DNA of 58,300 nt from Chiloscyllium plagiosum (taxonomy: Eukaryota): contig NC_057749.1 of assembly GCF_004010195.1 (NCBI RefSeq), positions 8,125,901 to 8,184,200 of the forward strand. Direction: 5' to 3'. The position numbers were made by a program, and so were the translations under genes. This document shows, piece by piece, positions 39,795 to 51,863 of the stretch. Below the pieces are notes generated by a model that was not told the origin of the DNA, did not search any database, and was given only the letters and a program-made list of their open reading frames with translations. Numbering within the stretch: the first letter of the stretch is position 1; each line of letters begins with the position of its first letter.

Positions 39795-40815
39795 TTAAGT
39801 AGACTCAGTTCGGTTGGCCGTCCACAACCCTTTGCAGCAATGAGTTCCACAGATTAACCATCCCATGGCTGAAGACATTTCCTCCTTATCTCAGTTTTAA
39901 AGAGTCAAACCTTTACTCTGAGGTTGAGACCTTGGGTCCTTGTCTCTTCCACTAGTAGAAACATCTTTTCCACCTCCACTCTATCCAGGCTTGTCAGTAA
40001 GTCAGTGAAATGAAACCAGTCCCATTATATAGAGTTGGATTAAAGAGTGACTTAGTAAATGGAAAAAATATAGTGGGAATAATAGAACAAATGCCTATAG
40101 AAGGAATTACTTTACTGTGAGGAAATCATCTGGCAGGTTCAAAAACATTGGCTTTAACAAGGATGGTTTAACAACCAATGGAGGCAGAATAAACAGAAAT
40201 GTTACAAGAGGAGTTTCAAGGACCAGCCTGAGGAATGGATAGTCGTCCATAAAGTGACAGGTCCATCTGTCTATCATAATGAAACTTACAAGTGGATCAT
40301 GAAATTCCAATGACAGGTCACCACAAAGACTTTGCAATAATCAAAATCTTTGTGATTCATTTGGTTTCGGCATTATCACAAAAGGTGAGTTACAGTTACT
40401 ATGATACAGTTCAGTGATGTCTTTGCCCATCATAAACTTAATCTCTTTTCTCACTTGAGTGAATATTTCTAGAATGAGTCTATAATACACTTTCCACATT
40501 AGCATCTGGAGTAGCCAAAACAGTTTTGTCCTGAACTACCCCACAAACTGATTTTATAATAGCCTTTTCCCAAATGCATTGCTTCAGCAAGTCAAGCAGG
40601 AACTTCCATAAGCATATAAAATACTAGTGCCTTTCCTTAGTTTTAGATCGGGGCCCTAAGCAAACTAGGAAGATCCTCCTGAACAGTTCCTCACAAGCTA
40701 GTTTTGGAGCTAAAGGTGTTGCCACTCCCCACATATGTGGCATGATTGGCAAATTTTGACTATATCCATACCTAATACTGTTGTGGTTCTGTTCGCCGAG
40801 CTGGGAATTTGTGTT

Positions 40816-40855
40816 GCAGACATTTCGTCACCTGTCTAGGTGACATCCTCAGTGC
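40816..40855 (-). ncRNA. Minimal hammerhead motif (family D, left arm)
   Basis: GCA-CUGAGGA-U-GUCACCU-AGAC-AGGUGAC-GAAA-UG-UC-UGC; perfect 7-bp stem II. Confidence 0.75.
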
Positions 40856-41101
40856 TTGGGAGCCTCCTGTGAAACGCTTCTGTGATTTCCTCTGGCATTT
40901 GTAGTAGTTTGAATCTGTCGCTTCCGGTTGTCAGTTCCAGCTGTCCGTTCCAGTGGCCGGTATATTGGATCCAGATCGATGTGCTTATTGATTGAATCTG
41001 TGGATGAGTGCCAGCTGGAACTGACAACCGGAAGCGGCAGATTCAAACCACTACAAATGCCGGAGGAAAGATCACAGAAGCGCTTCACAGGAGGCTCCCA
41101 A

Positions 41102-41141
41102 GCACTGAGGATGTCACCTAGACAGGGGACGAAACGTCTGC
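41102..41141 (+). ncRNA. Minimal hammerhead motif (family D, right arm), GUC site
   Basis: GCA-CUGAGGA-U-GUCACCU-AGAC-AGGGGAC-GAAA-CG-UC/UGC; predicted cleavage after 41138. Confidence 0.8.
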
Positions 41142-41779
41142 AACACAAATTCCAGCTCGGCGAACAGAACCACAACAACGAGCACCCGAGCTACAAATCT
41201 TCTCACAAACTTTGTACATAATAATATCCAATAAAAATGTTTTACCATTTTAGCCAGTATTTCCCTAATCTCCAAGGCATCTCAAATAGTTTCTGCTGGA
41301 GGTATCTAACATTTACATGATGGTGACAGTGATGGGCATTTGAAGATTTCCCTTAGGTGTACCGCATATGACAAGAGACCAGAGTTAGCGGAGCACAGAT
41401 ATGGTGGAAGATTGCAGGAATGAGCAAAATATTACAGATAGGGAAGGGGTGAGACCATAGAGGGACTTGAAAATACAAATGAGGACTTACGAATGATGAT
41501 GGTGCCAATGTTGATAGATTAGCAAGCACAAGGGTGACAGGGTAAAAAAGAAAGCAGAAATTGCTGGAAAAGCTCAAGAGGTCTGGCAGCATCTGTGAAG
41601 AGAAATTAGAGTTAGCATTTCAGATCCAGTGACCAGAATTGAGACTTGCTGTAAGTTATCTCAAGGTTAAAGGTAGTAGAATGTGGGAGACCAGGCATGA
41701 ATGTACTGGAAAAATGGAATCTAGACATGACAAAGATGTGAATGAGACCATCCGTGTTGAGTATATTTTTTCCTTCGTC

Positions 41780-42120
41780 CGTCGGACGTGTATATCCATA
41801 GTTGCTCTTGAAAAGATAGTGGTGCATTGCCTTTTTGAAACATTGCAGTCCATATGCTATTGGTACATCCACAATGCCCTCAGGAGGTTGTTCCAGGATT
41901 TTGACCTAGTGATACCAAAAAAAAGTGATATACATCCAAGTCGGGGTGGTGAGTTGTTTGAAAGGGAACCACCTCTTGCTTGTGTTCCCTTGCATCTGCT
42001 GCCCTTGTCCTTCTCGATGAGAGTAGCCATATGTTTGGAAGGTGTTTTCAAAGGAGCCTTAGTGAACTTCTGCAGTGCACCTTGTAGATAGTACACACTG
42101 CTGCTGCTGAGTGTTGCTGA
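41780..42120 (-). mobile_element. Second LINE family 3' fragment
   Basis: Reverse complement similar to ~27700-27835 plus ~28455-28650. Confidence 0.65.
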
Positions 42121-42556
42121 GTGCGACAATAAGATGGCATTTAGAGGGAGACAATTTTTTTTTAAATAGCAAGTCTGTATCATTCCACGTCCACTCATTT
42201 TGTTCCAACAATCAATTCAAGTACAAAATCTGGGCGACAAAGACAAAAAAGATAGATTGAAGCAACACAGAGCCAACACTGAGGTGGAAATACTGAGTAA
42301 GAAGGACAACTAAACAGAGTTTCCCATTAGTGGAGAATAACAGCTTTGCTGACTCAGAGGTTTCTCGTTAGATCAATACGAGGTGGGCCATCTTTCAAAG
42401 TTTAACAGCTATACAAGGAACATTTTATCTAACAAAGAGCCACCAGTATTTTTCATTACTCTTGAGCTCTTGAGAACGCATGAAAAATTCCTTGGCTGGT
42501 TTTAACAATTACAACATGAAAACATGCCATTTGTCCCAAACAGTCCCTGTTGAGAT

Positions 42557-42874
42557 TTAGATTAGATTAGATTACATTACAGTGTGGAATCAGGCCCTTC
42601 GGCCCAACAAGTCCACACCGACCCGCCGAAGCACAACCCACCCATACCCCTGCATTTACCCCATACCTAACACTACGGGCAATTTAGCATGGCCAATTCA
42701 CCTAACCTGCACATATTTGGACTGTGGGAGGAAACCAGAGCACCCGGAGGAAACCCATGCAGATACGGGGAGAACATGCAAACTCCACACAGTCAGTCGC
42801 CTGAGGTGGGAATTGAACCTGGGTCTCTGGCGCTGTGAGGCAGCAGTGCTAACCACTGTGCCACCGTGCCGCCC
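42557..42874 (-). mobile_element. Young full-length HE1 SINE
   Basis: gggcggcacggtggcacagtggttagc head, B box ggttcaattcc, (TAATC)n tail; close to 51511-51853. Confidence 0.95.
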
Positions 42875-43205
42875 AAACAGGATTTACCCACCACAGGATT
42901 GGTAACCTTAGTCCCTTCTGTAAAATATGCCTAAACATTGACATTGACTTAGTCTGTTCATTTTACAACTGAAATGTTGTAAAAGACTGGAGGAACAGAG
43001 GAGTATAGAGGTCTTTGCTCACCCATCACAAAAAGCTAACTTCCAAGTTTAGCAGGTAATAGGGAAAGCAAATGGAACGTTGGCCTTTATTTCAAAGGGA
43101 ATGGAGTAGAAGAATAGAAAGGTTTTGCTGAATCTGCACAAGACACTGCTTCGACTACAGCTGGAATACAGTAACCAGTTTTGATGTCCCTACCCAAGAC
43201 ACTCT

Positions 43206-43419
43206 AGCTGAAAAATGTGTTGCTGGAAAAGCGCAGCAGGTCAGGCAGCATCCAAGGAGCAGGAGAATTGACGTTTCGGGCATTCCTGAAGAAGGATTCC
43301 TGAAGAAGGGCTTATGTCCGAAACGTCGATTCTCCTGTTCCTTGGATGCTGCCTGACCACTTTTCCAGCAACACATTTTTCAGCTCTGATCTCCAGCATC
43401 TGCAGTCCTCACTTTCTCA
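43206..43419 (+). mobile_element. Palindromic PLE-derived element, family A, HHR at 43296-43331
   Basis: CUGAAGA-A-GGGC-UUAU-GUCC-GAAA-CG-UC; TSD aagacactctag (43196-43207) / aagacattctag (43420-43431); 14-bp junction duplication attcctgaagaagg. Confidence 0.85.
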
Positions 43420-43477
43420 AAGACATTCTAGGGCAAGTACATCAGGTTGAACCCCGTTACCTATAAAATTCTAACAA

Positions 43478-43713
43478 GACGAAAACAGATGTTGCTTGAA
43501 CAGCTCAGCGGGTCTGGCAGCATCTGTGAAGAGAAACTAAAGTTGATGTTTCAGGGCCAGTGACCCTTCCTCAGAACTGTTTTGAGGAAGGGTCACCAGA
43601 CCAGAAACAGTAACTCTGACTTCTCTTCACAGATACTGCCAGACTTGCTGAGCTTTTCCAGCAATTTCCATTTTTGTTTGTGATTTACAGCATCCGCAGT
43701 TCTTTCGGTTTTT
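43478..43713 (+). mobile_element. Palindromic PLE-derived element, family B
   Basis: Arms meet at tgacccttcctcagaac-t-gttttgaggaagggtca; both HHR cores are decayed; inserted in CR1. Confidence 0.85.
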
Positions 43714-46429
43714 ATCTAGACAGGTTGGATGCAGGAAGGATGTTCTCAGTGGTGGAGGAGTCAGAACCAGGGGCCTTCGTTTAAGGCTAAGGGCTAAACC
43801 TTTTAGGACTGAGACGAGGTGACCAGAGAGTGATGAGCCTGTAGAATGCATTACCATAGAAAGTAGTTGAGGCCAAAATACTGGGTTTTAAAGAAGGAGG
43901 TAGGTATAGCTTTTGTAGCTAAAGGAATTAAGGGATGTTGGGATTAGGGTATGGAGCTCAATGATCAGCTATGATTATACAAAATAGCTGAGCTAACTCA
44001 AGGGACTAACTGGCCTTCTCCTGCTCCTATCTTTTACAAAACTAGGATATGGAAAGATTTTTTTATAAGGAGAGGTTGAGTAGGTTGGGTTTAAAATCAT
44101 TAGAGTTTAAGAGAATAACAGGAGGCCTAATTGAAGCATATGAGATTGTTAGGGGGCCTTGGCAAAGTAGATATGGAAAGGTTGTTTTCCCTTACGGGAG
44201 AATTTCGGATCAGAGGGCATAATCTCAGAATGAGGAGTCACACAGAGATGAGAAGAATATTTTTCTCTCAAAATCTGTTGAATTCTTTATCACAAGAGGG
44301 CTCTCAAGGCTGGATTGCTTCCTATTTTCAAAACTGAGATAGACAATGTTTTAATCAGTGAGAGAATCAAGGGTTATGGGCAAAAGGCAGAGAAGTGGAG
44401 TTGAGGAATATCAGATCAGCCATGATCTCATTGAATGGTGGAGAAGACTGGATGGGCTGCATGGCCTATTTATGCTGCTCCATCTTAGCCCTTACTCTGA
44501 GAGTCCGTTCCCTGATTCTGGATTGCCCCACAGCCTCTCACAACCGGGGGCGAGCATCCATTTTGTATCTACCCTGTCAAGCCCTTCAAGAATCTTTTAA
44601 CTTTCAATAAGATCACGCCTCATTCTTACAAATTAGAGAGAAAATAGACCCCAGTCTGCTGAATCCCTCCTTACAGGGTGGACCTGCCAACCCAGCAATT
44701 AATCTCTAATGCATTAACACGATGTCATTTAATTAGGCCACCATTGGTGAGAAACTCACACACACTTCGCACAAAGCAACAATCAAAATGTCTTCATTGA
44801 AAATATATCACTCGTTTTGTTTGTGTGGCTATTTTTAATATCATCTATTGCACTTTTTATTTTTACACAGCTGTCATGACAAAACTTCCATCATTCCTTG
44901 ATTTAAATTATTAGCTTGTCCAAGAATTGCGGCTTGCAACAATTAATAATGTGAAGTGAATCCATTTTGACAAGTAATAAAACAATGTGTTATTGTCGTG
45001 GGACATGAGGACAGCAGTTATTAATGTTCTCTTTTAATTTAAAAGAGAGATATTACTTAGGTTGCCCAAAAGAATTCTATTAATCAACCCTTTTCTCAGT
45101 CCTCCATTACAGTATGTTCGGGCTGCAGGATGTGGGGAGTGTGGTCAAGGCTATCAATGCACAATTTTAGGTGGCACACTCCAGAGAGATTTACCCCATT
45201 GCATCGATGTTCAAGCAACAAAATTGACAGGAGTTTGAGGGCCATCAGGTTTTTGGGCATTTGGTTGGTCATTTGTGTTTGAAAGTTATATTTAGTATCA
45301 TGCACTAGGTGAGAAAGGGTATGGGCTCTAAGAAATAGAAAGCTTAAAATTGAAAATGTGGTTTTAAACGCAGCCCACACAGGGTAACTAAAATTGGAAA
45401 CTTGTTTCTTTTCACAGCTTACTTGCGTGCAGGGATATTGATGTTTTTTTCTTCAATTAATAAGCAATCTTTCTTTCTGGTCTTTTAAATCTATTATCTG
45501 CCAAGCTTAATGAAAGCTACAAGCTTGACACTCTTGTAAAAAATGGCAATAATTTCTAATAAACCAACAGCCATTATTGTGACAGAGATCAACGCGATCA
45601 ATAAACAGCGGTTGACAAATCTGTGGCTGTTCAGAGGCTCCTTTTGTGAATTATATTCTTCCCAGTGATTCTTCACCATTACTGAATGGGAGGAGAGGTC
45701 CAAAGCGTGATTAGTCCCTCATCCCTCATTTGCTTTCCCCCATTGCGAAATCAGCTGATATCTCTCCTGCAGCGAACACACGGATTAATGTAGATCTGCG
45801 AATCCAAATTCTGCCTATCGATAACAGTTTGTGTGATGGATGATCCTATCTGCATTCCCGCAACACAGTCCTGCAATTTAAGGCAAATTCTATCCCAGTC
45901 CATCAAACGGTGAAACCACAAACCACCTGCCTCAGAAGGATTCGAATGAGAAAGTCAATGATGTGAAGGCTGTTACATCCACCTTTGTTCATATAAAGAG
46001 ACAGGTTTTCTTTCTCTCTGTCATATTATAATGTTTCTTTCCCTCTTTGATGTTCATTAAAGTGACGGATGATGGGGAGAAGTGGCACTCTCCCTTGCTT
46101 TATGTCCTTCAGTAATGAATCACAAGGCATTGTCCTTATTACTTGAGCCAGAGGTGGTTTCGATCTGCCACTGCATTCCTCAAATGATGTGTGTTGACCC
46201 CAGGAGGAACACCCCCACTGACCTTACCCAGTCGCCAGCCACAGTGTAGGTACTGTATTCCTGGTTCAGGCAGCGTGCAAAGGAAAATGAAAGATTTCCC
46301 AACCCCCAGCAAGGCTGGTACACAAAGGGAACAGCATTCAAAGCAGTTCCAATCCAATGTGCTCCGCAATCGCTCTGGCCAATGGGTCTTCTCCACAGTT
46401 TCTGAAAGTCAATTTTTTTCTAGAATGTG

Positions 46430-46600
46430 AGTTAGAATTAGAATTAGAATTAGACTTTAGAATTAAATTTAGAATTTAGATTTAGAATTAGAATTAGAAT
46501 TAGAATTTAGAATTTAGAATTAGAAATATAATTAGAATTTAGAATTAAAATTAGAATGTAGAATTAGAATTAGAATTTAGAATTTGAATTAGAATTAGAT
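46430..46600. repeat. (TTAGAA)n microsatellite, probably the expanded tail of a minus-strand LINE remnant
   Basis: Tandem ttagaa/tttagaa next to tctatcgtcacat...tacaatgttgcc. Confidence 0.9.
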
Positions 46601-47109
46601 TCTATCGTCACATCTATTCAAATACAGGGATAGAGTGCACAAAAAGGTCTACAATGTTGCCTTTCACCGTACCGCCTTAGGTAAAAAATCTTAGGTACGA
46701 GGCAGAAAAATAAGGAGTGGCCCACAGCTTTTGTGTGCTGCCAATCGTAACCTATCAACTCGCTGGACTTTGTTTTTAAGCAGTCCCTCCCAACAAGAGA
46801 GGAGGCTGCATTCTACGCTAAACAAGTGGAACCTACTTGGAAAGGTTGACCAGTCTGAGGCTCTATTGTCTGGAAGAAAAGGAGAGTGGCCCGTTAGAGG
46901 TCTTCAAAATGGTGGAGAGGCTTTGATAGACAAAAAGCCATGGGTAGATATAAACATAGAGCAATCTAAGACAGCTCTCACTTAAGCATGCTTTTTTTAA
47001 TTCATTGGCAGGGTGTGGGCATCATTGGCTAAGCAGGCATTTAATGCCCATTCCTAATTGCCCAGAGGACAGTTAAAAGTCAAAACCACATTGCTGCGGT
47101 TCTGAAGTC

Positions 47110-47580
47110 ATGGGGGAATTCATTATGCAGGTGGACTGGGAAAATCAGGTCGGTAGCAGATCTCAAGAAAAGGAATTTGCGGAATGTTTACAAGATCGCT
47201 TTTTTTGGATCAGCTTGTGATACAGTTTGCTAGGGAACAGGAAATCCTGGATTTAGTGATGTGTAATGAGGCAGGCATGATTGAGGAGCATAAAATGAAG
47301 GAATCCATAGAGGCAGTAATCATAATATGATAGAATTCACCCTGCGGTTTGGGAGGGAGAAACTGGAATCAGATGTAACCATATTACAATTGAATTAAGG
47401 CAACTACAAAGACATGAGGGAGGAGCTGGCCAGAGTATATTGCAAGGGGAGCCTAGCAGGGAAGACAGTGGAGCAGCAATGGCAGTTTCTGGGGTAATTT
47501 GAGAGGCACAGCACTAATTCATCTAAAGAAAGAAGAAGCATAGTGGGGGGAGAATGAGGCAACCATGGCTGACAAGGAAT
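47110..47580 (+). mobile_element. Decayed CR1 ORF2 endonuclease-distal fragment
   Basis: atcctggatttagtgatgtgtaatgag (ILDLVMCNE) and aatcataatatgatagaattc ([D]HNMIEF-like). Confidence 0.7.
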
Positions 47581-48076
47581 TTTCATCAGAAGCATATTGT
47601 TTTCTCTTATCTCCGCTGAAATAACAGCACAGATGCTGGTATTCTGTCACTAAGTCACCCATTATTTACATGTGCACAGTACATGGGCTCTGAGCGGCCA
47701 GCTCAGAGTCAGTCCCTAGAGTGAGGAGTATCTCTGAGACTCCTGTTTACATCTGTCAGTCAGGGCTCCCTGATTGTCCCAGGTTAATAACCCCAATCAA
47801 GGGCCTCACAGTCAATGAGAGTCAATGTTCCAATCATTACAGTTACCATTCGGCTTGCTTTTATTCCAGATATGTCTGGGATGCAAGTTTCACTTTATGC
47901 CATGGGATTTAAATCTGTATCTCAAGACATTAGTCTGGATTACTAGTCCAATAACACATCCATTATGATGTCACCTCCCCAACTGAGGGAGGTTAAATTG
48001 TCCTTTATGCAGATGTTGCTTGCAAGTCTCTTTCCCTGGTATGTTACCTACAGTTTTCTATTTAACTCAATCTTAT

Positions 48077-48420
48077 GGGGCAGCACAGTGGCTCAGTGGT
48101 TAACACTGCTGCCACACATCACCAGGGACCTGGGTTCAATTCCAATCTCTGGCAACTGTCTGTACGGAGTTGCACATTCTCCTTGTGTCTGCGTGGGTTT
48201 CCTCCGGGTGCTCCGGTTTCCTCCCACCATCCAAAGATCTACAGGTCAGGTGAATTGGCCACGCTAAATTGCCCATAGTGTTCAGGGATGCGTAGGTTAG
48301 GTGCATTAGTCAGGGTCAAACACAGGGAGTGGGTCTGGGTGGATTACTCTTTGGAGGGTTGGTGTGGACTTGCTGGGCTGAAGAGCCTGTTTCCACACTG
48401 TAGAGATTCTAATCTAATCT
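48077..48420 (+). mobile_element. HE1 SINE with probable TSD
   Basis: Full head and tail; aatcttatgg (48069-48078) / aatcttacgg (48416-48425). Confidence 0.9.
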
Positions 48421-50014
48421 TACGGCGTGGCCATCACTGACAAAAACAAAAATAGTAACCCACTGAATTAAAAAAAACAACTGCAGATGGTGGAAATCAG
48501 AAACAATTGCTGGACAAAACAGAAATTCTGGAGAAGGATCATCGGACCCGAAGCGTTAACTTTAATTTCTCTCCATAGCTGTTGAGTTTTTCCAGCAATT
48601 CCTGTTTTCGTTGCTTGTAACCCAAGAAGGTGAGCTGCTTTTGTAAACCATTGCAGTCTGTGTGGTTTGGGGAGCTCCGGGATTATTCCAATGGGAATGA
48701 AGGAATGGCACTGTAACTCCAAATTAAAATAGTGTAAAACTTGATGAGGAGCATGGAGTTGGTGATATTCCATGGATTCAAAGCCCTTGTCCTTATAGAT
48801 GGTACAGTACATGGGTCTGGAAAGTATTTCTGAAAAATTAGCTATGGCAATTGACAGCAGCTCAATCTGTGAATGGTACACGCTTCAGCCACAAAGTACC
48901 CATGGTGGATGTTTATGGCTGTCGATCAATTATTGTCACAGATTCTCTAAAAAAGTCCTCCTTCTCCATTTCTCTAGCCACAGAGTGTGCTAATGGGACA
49001 AAGCACTTGTCCTGTCACTGTTGTGTGTGGTAGATAGAGACTTCAACAGCATGGAGTTAGCAGGATGTATTGGAGGGATGCCCTGCATTCATCCAACCCC
49101 ATAGCTGCATCTTCAGTCCATACTATCTATTTGTTATTTTTCTTAAGAACGAGTTCTAGATCCATTGCAGAAAATTAAAACTAAACTTCAGGGACTCAAG
49201 CATAACAACAGCTAATGGCTTTGAATGTTGTGTAGTCACTTCATAACAATCAATCAACACACAACATATCTTTTATTTTAAAAAATGAACATTTTAATCC
49301 ATTTGTACACTCATAACCAATCACTGTCATGCCAACCCTAGCTAAGTTTTGAGATGAGTTTGGTTCACCATGTTTCACAGATGGTCTTTACCTCCTGAAG
49401 GTGTTCAGCAACCACCAACCCATGTCATCCCATTACAACTTATTCCCTTATATTCTGCTCTTTGTGTTAACTGCTGAATTTGCAACACTCTCTCATGGGG
49501 TCTCTCATCTTTTATTGCTTCAGATCACTCCATACAGAGATTTTGTCTTCTTTAGCCAGATAATTTCAGTCCTCACCCCATTCTCTTTGTTTTTTTAGTG
49601 CTTGATTTACTTCTGCTTGGCTTCACACAAAGTGACACAATGTAACTAAAGTAGAAGCAATGAGAAGACAGAATGCAGAGTAGTCATAGAGTCATTGAGA
49701 TCTATAGAGAAAGGCCCTTTAACCCATCATGCCTTTGCCAGTCAATAACAACCACCTAACTAGTGCTATTGTCCTAGCAATCTGATGGCCTTGTCCTAAG
49801 TTTTTAATATATTAATAGGAAAAGGCAGGATAGATAAAGATAAGCTATTTCCATCGGTTAGGGAATCAGGAACTAGGAGTACAGTCTGAAAATTAGGACC
49901 AGACGGTTCAAGAGAGATAACCAAAACAGAAATTGCTGGAAAACTCAGCAGGTCTGGCAGCATCTGAGGAACTAAAGCAGAGTCAACATTTCAGATCAAT
50001 GTTTTTGCTTCTGA

Positions 50015-50350
50015 TTAGGTGACATGGTGGCTCAAATGTAATATGGTTGCCTCACAATGCCTGAGATCCAGGTTCGATTCCACCCTCAGGTGACCATCTG
50101 TGTGGAGTTTGCACATTCTCCCCATGTCTATATGGGTTTCCTCCCACAGTCCAAAGATGTGCATGTTAGGTGGATTGGCCACATTCAATTGCTCACAGTG
50201 TCCAGGGATGTGTAGGCTAGGTGGGCTAGCCATGGAAAATGCAAGGCTACTGGCATAGGATGGAGGTGGGTCTGGTTGGGATGGTCTTCGGAGAGTTGGT
50301 GCAGACTCAATGGGCCAAATGGCCCGCTTCCACACTGTAGGGATTCTATG
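50015..50350 (+). mobile_element. HE1-type SINE, followed by a CR1 3' end (~50385-50610)
   Basis: ggttcgattcc B box and HE1 body; YTQRVVNVWNALPQRAV downstream. Confidence 0.85.
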
Positions 50351-51510
50351 ATTTGCAGCATCTGCATTTCTTTGATTTTTTTTCCATTCACAAGCGATGT
50401 TAGGAAGCACGTGTATACACAAAGAGTGGTAAATGTTTGGAACGCTCTTCCACAAAGAGCAGTGAGCACAGGTTGATTTGTTTGCTTTAAATCTGAGATA
50501 GATTTTGGTTTGCTGAGTAAAGATAATAAGGGATATGGGCAAAAAGCAGGTATTTGGAGTAAGGCCACAGGTCAGTCATGATCTCACCGAATGGCCTACT
50601 CCTGTTCCTATGTGCCAAAACTCCAAAGATTTGAGTTCAAACCCTGCTATGGCAACTGGGAGAATTTAAATTCAAGTGTACAAAATAATCTTGGAATAAA
50701 ATGCTGGTCTTGTTAATGGAGCCATTTCATTGTTGTTTAAATTGGTTCTCTGTTGTCTTCAGGTGGAAAACCGTTGGCTCTCTTTATGTGGTCTGGTCTT
50801 CACAAGATTCAGTAATGTGGCTGTCTCTTAAATGCCCGTGCCCACAAGCCAATCAGGTCTATCAAATTGCTGCTGAAAAAAACACGATGGGTCTACTTAC
50901 TCAGGAGGGCCTGCAGTGGGGCAGGTGGATGGCCCACCACCACCTTTGCAAGGGTAATGTGGGATGAGCCATTGAATTTTAAAAAAGCAACCATTAATTA
51001 TTCAAATTTGCTTTTCCATTGTTGTGAGCATTTATTTTAATTCCATGTTGTGCACTTCATTTCTAAATAGGTCACAAAATGTCAACTCTGACAGGCTTAG
51101 CTCATTTTTTATACATCAGTAATGGCGTCAATAGTCATCTGAATTGACCAAAAGGGTTTGCTGTCTTCAGATGAAAACAGACAAATTGAATTCCACTTCA
51201 CTTAACTAAAATGCCCAGAATTATTGCGCTTACTTCTATCGGATTACGCTCATTTGCTTTTTACAGTAAAAAAAGTCCATGAATTAAAGTCTTCATACAG
51301 AAACCTGTCATACAATGATGTGCTCCTACCAGCCCCATTTTCCTATTGATAGCCTCCTTAAAACAGACCAGTTTTAAAATTTCATTAGAGTAACAAGTGA
51401 GATCAATTGAAAACATGGTGCTTTTTATGATAATAGCATGTTCCAGAACGTGTCACAGACAATTAGATATTTTTGAAGCCTTTGACATCCCGTTGTAATG
51501 TATGATATTA

Positions 51511-51853
51511 TTAGATTAGATTAGATTAGATTACATTAGATTAGATTAGATTACATTACAGCGTGGAAACAGGCCCTTCGGCCCAACAAGTCCACACCGA
51601 CCCGCCGAAGCGCAACCCACCCATACCCCTACATTTACCCCTTACCTAACACTACGGGCAATTTAACATGGCCAATTCACCTGACCTGCACATCTTTGGA
51701 CTGTGGGAGGAAACCGGAGCACCCGGAGGAAACCCACGCAGACACGGGGAGAACGTGCAAACTCCACACAGTCAGTCGCCTGAGGCGGGAATTGAACCCG
51801 GGTCTCAGGCGCTGTGAGGCAGGAGTGCTAACCACTGTGCCACCGTGCCGCCC
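51511..51853 (-). mobile_element. Young full-length HE1 SINE
   Basis: CpG-rich, intact A/B boxes, long (TAATC)n tail. Confidence 0.95.
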
Positions 51854-51863
51854 ACAAATGATA

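Larger units (their letters stand above)
39445..39995 (-). mobile_element. CR1 3' end interrupted by a family C PLE
   Basis: CR1 3'UTR continues on both sides of 39616-39794. Confidence 0.8.
40778..41214 (+). mobile_element. Penelope-like element 3' end, family D, with inverted copy and ORF remnant
   Basis: ~165-bp inverted arms; spacer encodes on minus HSSTDSINKHIDLDPIYRPL, resembling a PLE GIY-YIG C-terminus; ~36-nt tail on the right arm only; flanks tacctaata/tacataata. Confidence 0.85.
43000..44700. mobile_element. Cluster of CR1 fragments hosting two PLE insertions
   Basis: CR1 RT/3'UTR pieces: + at ~43000-44035 and ~44040-44485, - at ~44485-44700. Confidence 0.75.

Noticed and set aside
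46139..46430. Overlapping ORFs or a possible exon
   Set aside because: No recognisable protein in any frame and weak splice support
46430..46600. Interstitial telomere
   Set aside because: The unit is TTAGAA, not TTAGGG
47598..47840. Additional short solo LTR
   Set aside because: LTR-like look, but I could not find clean termini with a TSD or a second copy in the window
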